Shown here: piece after piece, positions 57,506 to 64,000 of the stretch
Numbering within the stretch: position 1 is the stretch's first letter
How the letters are laid out: every line of letters begins with the position of its first letter
From: an uncultured virus (IMG/VR IMGVR_UViG_3300042197_001803)
Taxonomy: Duplodnaviria; Heunggongvirae; Uroviricota; Caudoviricetes
Direction: 5' to 3' (one strand)
Length of the DNA stretch: 64,000 nucleotides
Virus record (IMG/VR): IMGVR_UViG_3300042197_001803
Location: 1 to 64,000 of that record
The notes under the pieces: generated by a model
Databases searched by the model: none
What the model was told of the DNA's origin: nothing
What the model saw: the letters and a program-made list of their open reading frames with translations, nothing else
Program-made: the position numbers and the translations under genes

Positions 57506-58306
57506 TTACATATAGTCAAATAATATTGAGCTATCGTTTCGTAATTTTCTTAAAGCCTTTTCCTTAATCTGTCTAACCCTTTCTTTGGTTAAATTAAAAT
57601 CACCACCAATATCCTCTAAAGTTCTTGGTGTTCCTGTCAACCCAAAATAGTCCTCAATTATACATTTTTCTCGGTCATCCAAAGAAGATAATAACCTCAT
57701 CAAATTTTGTTTTAATAAATCTGTTGTATTGAATGACGCATCGGGCATTTCCGCGTCAGGGTTTTTAACAACATCAATAAGTGTATCACCATCTTCGTTA
57801 ATTTTCATGTCTAAATCAACAATGGATGGGAGACTTTGATATTTTTTATCCAAGGTACCACCATTACTTTCAACCTCTTTTTTAGCTCTATGCAAATCCT
57901 GAACCACATTTACAGGTAGTCTTATGGTTCTTGCGTTATCATTAAGTGACTGTAATATTGATTGTTTAACCCACCAAACAGCATATGAAATAAATCTAAG
58001 GTTCTTACTCCAATCAAAATTTTGAATCGCCTTCATTAAACCTAAATTACCTTCAGCAACCAAATCAGGAAAATCAAGACCTTGATTTTGATATTGTTTT
58101 GCAACAGTAATAACAAACCTCAAATTACCTTCAAGTAACTCCTTATTAATCTTATCTCTATCCGAATCAGTAAGGTTACCAGAATTAATTAATTTGGCCA
58201 ATTCTCTCTCCCTTTCAGGTGTCATGACCTTAATCTTACGAATGTCCTTTAGGTAGTACTGAATTTCTTCTTGGTTGATAGGAATTGTTGAATTTTTTTC
58301 TTTCAT
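57506..58306 (-). CDS. RNA polymerase sigma-70 factor (RpoD-like, no region 1.1)
   Basis: YLKDI, NLRFVITVAKQY, DLVAEGNLGLMKA, RFISYAVWWVKQSI, RTIRLP, TLEDIG...LTKERVRQIKEKALRKLR. Confidence 0.95.
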   Translation of the reverse strand: MKEKNSTIPINQEEIQYYLKDIRKIKVMTPERERELAKLINSGNLTDSDRDKINKELLEGNLRFVITVAKQYQNQGLDFPDLVAEGNLGLMKAIQNFDWSKNLRFISYAVWWVKQSILQSLNDNARTIRLPVNVVQDLHRAKKEVESNGGTLDKKYQSLPSIVDLDMKINEDGDTLIDVVKNPDAEMPDASFNTTDLLKQNLMRLLSSLDDREKCIIEDYFGLTGTPRTLEDIGGDFNLTKERVRQIKEKALRKLRNDSSILFDYM

Positions 58307-58314
58307 ATATTTAA

Positions 58315-58869
58315 TTAAATTGTTTTTGAGTATTTTTCTAAAATTTGTTTTTCGATATCGGTTAGCGAAGATAAGCCTTTTTCTGATATTTTATCTAAAA
58401 TATCATCAATAGTTGGTTCTTTTTTCTTAGTTTTTAAATTTGTTAATTCAAAATCATCATCAACCTCATCTTCCTCGTTCAACAACTTAATAAACTCAAA
58501 TTCGCTAATTCTATCGTCAACATCGTTTATCGATTCTTGTGCCTCAATCTTAAGACCTGACATAGTTTCACTATTATCAATATCAAATAGATGTTCGTAA
58601 ATACCTTTAGTCAAACTTACTGACAATTTGTCATGGTTATAAGGTACCAAAACATGGACAATATTTGAACCTGAAAATATAATACCTAAAAACTCTTTAA
58701 TGTCATCAAACGTTTCGACAGAGCTAAATGTGAATATTGCCGACGATTGTCCGTAATAAAATTTTATATTTTTAGAGTTAGCTATAACCGAGACTTCATT
58801 AGCAACACTTTCAATAAATTTATCTTGTTCTTTGTGTTCCCCAAAAAGGAACATAATGTAATCACTCAT
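58315..58869 (-). CDS. protein with C-terminal DUF6576-like motif
   Basis: IDDILDKISEKGLSSLTDIEKQIL; TAATTTTG at 58891-58898. Confidence 0.7.
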   Translation of the reverse strand: MSDYIMFLFGEHKEQDKFIESVANEVSVIANSKNIKFYYGQSSAIFTFSSVETFDDIKEFLGIIFSGSNIVHVLVPYNHDKLSVSLTKGIYEHLFDIDNSETMSGLKIEAQESINDVDDRISEFEFIKLLNEEDEVDDDFELTNLKTKKKEPTIDDILDKISEKGLSSLTDIEKQILEKYSKTI

Positions 58870-58922
58870 ACTGTTTAAGTTATTGTCTTACAAAATTACA
58901 TCAAAATTATTGAATAACCAAA

Positions 58923-61292
58923 TTATTGAGAGACAAAACTAATATTGTCTTCTTTTCTAATTTTAATAATGTTATCCGCCCAATTATTAACCAATGGATT
59001 GTGGGTGATTACAAATATCTTTTCAAAATATTCTTTTATTTTGCTAAAGAATTCAGAAACCATGTCAAGATTATCATTAGATATCTTACCAAAAACTTCA
59101 TCGAATACAACTATATTTGGTTTAGGTAATGAACATATTTTACTTAATACCGCTCTTAAAGCTAAAGAAGCTATAGTTCTTTCATATCCTGAACCTGATG
59201 ACATTAACTTTTCTATCTGAGTGTTGTTATCAATCATAATAAATTCAACCTCATTTTTATCGTTAATTCTAATTTCAAGTCTGAAGTGAGAACTGTCCTC
59301 AAGAAGTCTTTGTAATTCAGAATTAATTAATGGCATCATTGTTTTCATAATCATTTTTGAAATCCCATTTTTACCAAAAATTTCTAAATATATTTTAAAT
59401 ATTTTTTCTTTTTCCGCCTCTTCTTCTATCTTAATAATTGTTTCTTTATTTTCTTTAATTTTGGTAGTTAAAGTTTTTATTTGATATTCAAGATTATCAA
59501 TGTTTCTTTGAGTCTGTGTTTTTTCCCTATCAAGTTCATCTAATCTTAAACCAGCTTTAATTATTAGACCGTCTGTTTTGTTGTTTTCAGCAATCTTATC
59601 CTGAACTTCATTATACCTATCTAATTTAAGATTTAAAGCTTGAATTTTAAGATTGATACTTTCAATACTTACTTCATACTTTTCTTTGATAAGTTTGTTT
59701 TTCTCGTACTCATCGAATTCTTTCTTAAGTTTTACGAAACCTTGTTCTTTGCTGTTTAAATCCTGCATTAACTTAGTTTTTTGGTCTTTATGCACGATAA
59801 ACCCATCAAGTTCGGCTATTTTAGAGTTAGTTATTGCCGCGTTCATTAACTCAATACCACAATGTTCACATTTGATTCCACCCTCAACAGAAGACTTTAA
59901 AGTATTGATATCGGATATTTGCGTATCAATACGTATCAAATCTTTATAAACCTCAGCAACTTCTTCTTTAACCAAATCATGTTCATCTTCGTGATAATAA
60001 GATGAAGGTTCAATAACTTTAACATCTTGTAATTGTTTTTCAACTTTAACCCTATCGTTTATAAAGTTATTAATTTCTTCTTGAACTTTGTTAGGTGAAA
60101 TTAAACTAATGTCTTTATCAATGGTATGTTTACTTTTTAATAAATTATCTCGGTATTCATTACCTATTGTTATTTTACCTAATATTTCTTTTAAAGATTC
60201 TTTTGAATTATCTATGTCAATATTATATTCACCAATTTTAATTGCGTATTCTTCATTATCTGTTTTTAATTTTTCACTACTATAAACATTAGATAACATT
60301 GATTTAGAAAATTGACTATATATTTCCTTTGCAACATCTTCTTTTCTTTTAAGAAAATCTAAACCCATAAATCGTGATAATACCTGACCTCTAGCGGTTG
60401 GTTTAGAATCTATTAGTTCTTCTAAGTTAGTTGCGGTTGTTAAAATTGTCATTAAAAAATCGTCTTTTGAGCCAATTGAAGTTTTAATGAACGCTTCTGT
60501 TTCTCTCCTTTGTTCACCAGTAAAATTTTGTAAACTACCATCTGATAGTTTTTTAAAAAAATCTAATTCGGTTTTAACATTCCAATCACCTGATTTAGAT
60601 TTTTTTCTCTCAATATTTCGGATAATTATATATTCATCCCCATCGATAATAATTTCACCTTTAACATGAACTTTATCTCGATTGGTAAACCTATTAAATA
60701 CTTCTTCAGCTTTACTTGTTTTAGTGGTTTCATTAAAGAAAAGAAATAATAATAAATCAACGGTTAATACAGTTTTACCACCAAAATTAGGCGGATTAGA
60801 TTCAACAACATTAATACCATTACACTTATCAAAATCTAATTTTTGGTTCTCACCGTAGGATAAGAAATTTGAAAACTCTATATTTTTAATATACCATCTC
60901 TTAAACGGTGCCACATCGCTACTAGTTGCCGCCAATTGATTATCAACTACCGAATTTAATTCAACTATTTTATCGGTTAAACTTTCATCGTACTTAGTCT
61001 TAAGGTAAGTTTTAATTAAATCAAGTTGGTAATTTTCATCAAGAATGTTAAATGAGATGTCAACATTATTTTCAACCTCTTCAGTAATTTTAGTTTTGGT
61101 AATAACATTAACATTATTAGTTACATACTTTTTTTGAAAGTAGTGTCTTACGCTTTTTATTTTTTCTTGTGTAAAATTTTCAGCATAATCTTCCCATATT
61201 ACCTGAATATAGGGATTATCTAAATTTTCGATATTAATATCTTTTATCATTATTTTATAATTAAATTCTACATGTGGATTAAATAAATCCAT
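58923..61292 (-). CDS. sbcC: SbcC/Rad50 (gp46-like) SMC ATPase with N-terminal extension
   Basis: NFLSYG, NFGGKT, zinc hook CEHC, SGYE signature, VVFDEVFG, ITH. Confidence 0.9.
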   Translation of the reverse strand: MDLFNPHVEFNYKIMIKDINIENLDNPYIQVIWEDYAENFTQEKIKSVRHYFQKKYVTNNVNVITKTKITEEVENNVDISFNILDENYQLDLIKTYLKTKYDESLTDKIVELNSVVDNQLAATSSDVAPFKRWYIKNIEFSNFLSYGENQKLDFDKCNGINVVESNPPNFGGKTVLTVDLLLFLFFNETTKTSKAEEVFNRFTNRDKVHVKGEIIIDGDEYIIIRNIERKKSKSGDWNVKTELDFFKKLSDGSLQNFTGEQRRETEAFIKTSIGSKDDFLMTILTTATNLEELIDSKPTARGQVLSRFMGLDFLKRKEDVAKEIYSQFSKSMLSNVYSSEKLKTDNEEYAIKIGEYNIDIDNSKESLKEILGKITIGNEYRDNLLKSKHTIDKDISLISPNKVQEEINNFINDRVKVEKQLQDVKVIEPSSYYHEDEHDLVKEEVAEVYKDLIRIDTQISDINTLKSSVEGGIKCEHCGIELMNAAITNSKIAELDGFIVHKDQKTKLMQDLNSKEQGFVKLKKEFDEYEKNKLIKEKYEVSIESINLKIQALNLKLDRYNEVQDKIAENNKTDGLIIKAGLRLDELDREKTQTQRNIDNLEYQIKTLTTKIKENKETIIKIEEEAEKEKIFKIYLEIFGKNGISKMIMKTMMPLINSELQRLLEDSSHFRLEIRINDKNEVEFIMIDNNTQIEKLMSSGSGYERTIASLALRAVLSKICSLPKPNIVVFDEVFGKISNDNLDMVSEFFSKIKEYFEKIFVITHNPLVNNWADNIIKIRKEDNISFVSQ

Positions 61293-61302
61293 TTTTTAGT
61301 AA

Positions 61303-61518
61303 TTAGACTGTTTTTGTTTGTACCACTTCAAAAGGAACTTCTTCACCATTAAAATTGATATTTAAATCATTTGTTTTACCTGAAAACTTAGCTTTAATCT
61401 GTTCCATTTGAGTTTCAAACATTTTCATGTATTCTTTTTCCATTTTTTTCTGTTGAGCTTTCATTTTTTGATTTCTAGCGGCAACTTTTTTTCTGTGTTC
61501 TTTTGCTCTTTTACCCAT
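61303..61518 (-). CDS. small basic protein
   Basis: MGKRAKEHRKKVAARN. Confidence 0.7.
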   Translation of the reverse strand: MGKRAKEHRKKVAARNQKMKAQQKKMEKEYMKMFETQMEQIKAKFSGKTNDLNINFNGEEVPFEVVQTKTV

Positions 61519-61524
61519 TTTATT

Positions 61525-61716
61525 TTATTTTTTAGTTTGTTCTTTATAATCTATAATGAATCCAATTGCAACAATCAAGTTCATCCCTAAACTAGCCAAT
61601 ATTTCGTGGACATCATCATAAACATTATTCATTAAATGTATATGTCCTACCATCCAAAAAGGTATTGACAGATTTTGACTAATCCATACAATAGTGAACT
61701 TGGTGAATCTTTTCAT
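61525..61716 (-). CDS. small membrane protein
   Basis: two hydrophobic segments. Confidence 0.6.
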   Translation of the reverse strand: MKRFTKFTIVWISQNLSIPFWMVGHIHLMNNVYDDVHEILASLGMNLIVAIGFIIDYKEQTKK

Positions 61717-62072
61717 TATAAGTGTTTATTTGGTCTGTTTTCCTCAAACCACTCAATAATACCATTAAATGCCCAAACAAAACCTGACGCTAACATACCA
61801 TCAAAAAACCAAGAAAAGGCGGGATGTATGTTGAACAGTGAGTTGGCTGGTGAATAAAATGCTATTGATAAGAAAAATCCTACCCATGTTGAGGTACACA
61901 TCATACAACTTAATAGGTCTGAAATAAACATCCCTACTTGATTGAATGGTGAGTACGGGTTAGTACCCCATTTACGTAAAAAGTCTCTAAACCCATTAAA
62001 AATTGAGCCATAGACTAAAATGTTTGATTGTCCATACGCAATCAATAACCAAATTAAAATTAGTGTTATCAT
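61716..62072 (-). CDS. DUF1360-like membrane protein
   Basis: LLSCMMCTSTWVG with flanking TM helices. Confidence 0.7.
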   Translation of the reverse strand: MITLILIWLLIAYGQSNILVYGSIFNGFRDFLRKWGTNPYSPFNQVGMFISDLLSCMMCTSTWVGFFLSIAFYSPANSLFNIHPAFSWFFDGMLASGFVWAFNGIIEWFEENRPNKHL

Positions 62073-62785
62073 AAATTTTCTATTATATTTGAACCTTTCA
62101 TATAAACCGCACCTGTTTGACTATTATTTGTCATCGAGTTTTTTAGTTTATCCTCAAGTTCGTTTATTTTTTCATTTTTTAATTTTAAGTCTTTTCTTAA
62201 ATTCTGTAAAGTAGTCTCCAACATTTTAACTTTGTTTTCGTCTATAGGAATGTCTAAATTACGTCTAAGTTCATCTAATTCCATGTCCTTTTTAGACATT
62301 TCATTTTGGAAAATATTTTCCATTTCGGTTATTTTAGTGGAAAATATTTGTACCTCTTTTTGAGATTCTTCGAGTTTAATGGAAAATTCTTGTTTTTCTT
62401 TTACCAACTGTTCTATTTTTTCAAACAGTTCGTTTTCAGTATTTTTGTCGGAAATATATTCTATTTTTGAGACAATTTTTTCAACAGGAACCTCCTTAAT
62501 AACTTCTTTTTCAATAATTATTTCTTTAATAACCTCAATAGGAATTTCCTTAATAATTTCAACCTCTTTTATCACTTCAACAGGTATTTCCACCCGTTTT
62601 TCACGGATTACCTCAATTTCCACTTGTTTTTCATCTTCTCCACCCGTTTTTCCCAACAATCCATACTTTTTAATATCAAATCCCTGTTTAAAACAATCCT
62701 GAATAAATTTATTAATATCTGTTATACCATTCAGCATACAGAATTCATAAATTTCCTTATTGTTTTTTATTTCAACAGAATACAT
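62069..62785 (-). CDS. coiled-coil protein with degenerate VEVIKE repeats
   Basis: VEIPVEVIKEVEIIKEIPIEVIKE. Confidence 0.75.
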   Translation of the reverse strand: MYSVEIKNNKEIYEFCMLNGITDINKFIQDCFKQGFDIKKYGLLGKTGGEDEKQVEIEVIREKRVEIPVEVIKEVEIIKEIPIEVIKEIIIEKEVIKEVPVEKIVSKIEYISDKNTENELFEKIEQLVKEKQEFSIKLEESQKEVQIFSTKITEMENIFQNEMSKKDMELDELRRNLDIPIDENKVKMLETTLQNLRKDLKLKNEKINELEDKLKNSMTNNSQTGAVYMKGSNIIENL

Positions 62786-63565
62786 TTAAGCGTTTGCCAA
62801 TTTTTCAGTACCGTTAATAATGTCGTCAAATGATTTTAATCTAAAAGATAAAAATGGTTTTGGGTTATCCAAATCAACAAATTCATAAGAATCATTCAAT
62901 ACGTCATAGATACCAAACCCATGTTTTTTTATCGTTTCACCATAATTTTGTTGAATTGTTGAACCAACCATGTAAGCTTTTTTCTTGTTGGGGATATCAA
63001 ATATTTGTCGCTTATGTATGTCACCACATAGTACAAGGTCAACCCCGTTGAACTTAGATGAATCAAAACCACTCTCAAATTTATATCCGATGTCAGTAGA
63101 TAAGCCAATAACTGGTCCGTGAAATAAACCAATCTTAATCCTATCTGTTGTTGGAATTTCAGGAGGTAGGTTGTGTTCCATAAGTGAGTAAACAACCCAC
63201 TCAATGTTTTCATCTTCGTAAGTACCTCTGTTTTTGTAATATACAATATTTTCATTCTGTAATGAATCGATAATTGGTGTTAAAGCATCCAATCTTTGAG
63301 TGTTATTCTCAAGAAAGTCGTGATTACCAATAATAATTATCGTCTTAGATATTTTAGCACATTCACTCAAAACCCAAGAAACCATTTCAATTAATTCAGG
63401 GGTCATTTGATTTTTACTGTGTACCAAATCACCAGTAAAAACTATACGGTCAGGTTTAATTTCCTTAAATCGCGACAACATGTCTCGAATAATGTCTCGA
63501 TATAAATCATGGTCTTTAAAAAGACGAATATGTAGGTCTGAGAAATGTACTAATTTACTAATCAT
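62786..63565 (-). CDS. sbcD: SbcD/Mre11 (gp47-like) metallophosphoesterase nuclease
   Basis: SDLH, GDLVH, GNHD, FHG, GDIHKRQ, GSTIQQNYGE. Confidence 0.9.
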   Translation of the reverse strand: MISKLVHFSDLHIRLFKDHDLYRDIIRDMLSRFKEIKPDRIVFTGDLVHSKNQMTPELIEMVSWVLSECAKISKTIIIIGNHDFLENNTQRLDALTPIIDSLQNENIVYYKNRGTYEDENIEWVVYSLMEHNLPPEIPTTDRIKIGLFHGPVIGLSTDIGYKFESGFDSSKFNGVDLVLCGDIHKRQIFDIPNKKKAYMVGSTIQQNYGETIKKHGFGIYDVLNDSYEFVDLDNPKPFLSFRLKSFDDIINGTEKLANA

Positions 63566-63764
63566 TTAACTGTTCTTTATTTTTAATTTCAATACTACCT
63601 AAAGAACTTGCTTTTCTCCATCTTTCTTTAAAAGATGCTACATCAAATTCTTCATCATTAACTTGACCCATTTTTTCAACTATGGGTGTAATCTCAATGT
63701 GTTTATTTTCAAGTTTACCATAAAGGTAACCTTCTAACCAAATGTAAAATTCTTTATGAGTCAT
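63558..63764 (-). CDS. hypothetical protein
   Basis: FYIWLEGY, 68 aa. Confidence 0.65.
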   Translation of the reverse strand: MTHKEFYIWLEGYLYGKLENKHIEITPIVEKMGQVNDEEFDVASFKERWRKASSLGSIEIKNKEQLND

Positions 63765-63985
63765 TATTTATCAAAAAGTTGGAAGTCTTCATTTACATGT
63801 CCGCACTTTTCACACATATAAGTTGGAAAAGGTACTAATGTGTCCTCAGAGCTTCCAGTTAATAATTTAGGAACTTTTTTTATCAATGTGACTTCTTTGA
63901 AGAATTTATTATCACACATCTCACAAACAACAGTTTCTTGTTGTTTTAAATCGATTTTAGGTTTTAAAATATCATCCATAATCAA
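63764..63985 (-). CDS. small zinc-ribbon protein
   Basis: CEMC...CEKCGH. Confidence 0.75.
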   Translation of the reverse strand: MIMDDILKPKIDLKQQETVVCEMCDNKFFKEVTLIKKVPKLLTGSSEDTLVPFPTYMCEKCGHVNEDFQLFDK

Positions 63986-64000
63986 ATATAATTATTTATA

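Noticed and set aside
1-64000. alternative genetic code (stop-codon reassignment)
   Set aside because: Known genes are full length under code 11 and TAG/TGA act as normal stops; coding density is already high
1-64000. bacterial chromosome or eukaryotic giant virus origin
   Set aside because: Host-like genes are isolated among phage-type hypotheticals with no cellular operons; sigma-70, SmpB, intrinsic terminators and Bacteroidota promoters argue against a eukaryotic virus

Overview
AT-rich, gene-dense, mostly minus-strand segment read as part of a large (jumbo/huge) phage genome, most likely infecting a Bacteroidota host. Host evidence: TAnnTTTG -7 promoter elements, A-rich start contexts without Shine-Dalgarno sequences, signal peptides with Gln at +1, two T9SS type-B C-terminal sorting domains, and a Bacteroidota-like sigma-70 and Hc1/histone-H1-like protein. 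It encodes SbcCD/gp46-47, sigma-70, DnaJ, SmpB, a CCA/poly(A) nucleotidyltransferase, GSII glutamine synthetase, RmlB/RmlC, two DNA methyltransferases, GIY-YIG and LAGLIDADG endonucleases, thioredoxin/glutaredoxin, a probable lysis cluster and many hypothetical proteins. Two promoter classes recur: host-type TAnnTTTG, and a phage-type TATTTAT that mostly precedes proteins sharing an N-terminal 'K-hydrophobic-hydrophobic-x-E' leader. The most interesting unexplained signals are: (i) a ~190-nt structured RNA with CAAA repeats directly behind a small coiled-coil gene (22073-22700); (ii) a 32-nt element that reads as a tmRNA/tRNA-Ala acceptor microhelix, 1.6 kb from smpB (27793-27824); (iii) a promoter-to-terminator mini-transcript just upstream of smpB; (iv) a degenerate MetK-like protein; (v) phage-encoded T9SS cargo. 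All family assignments are from motif recognition by eye; no searches or folding programs were run.
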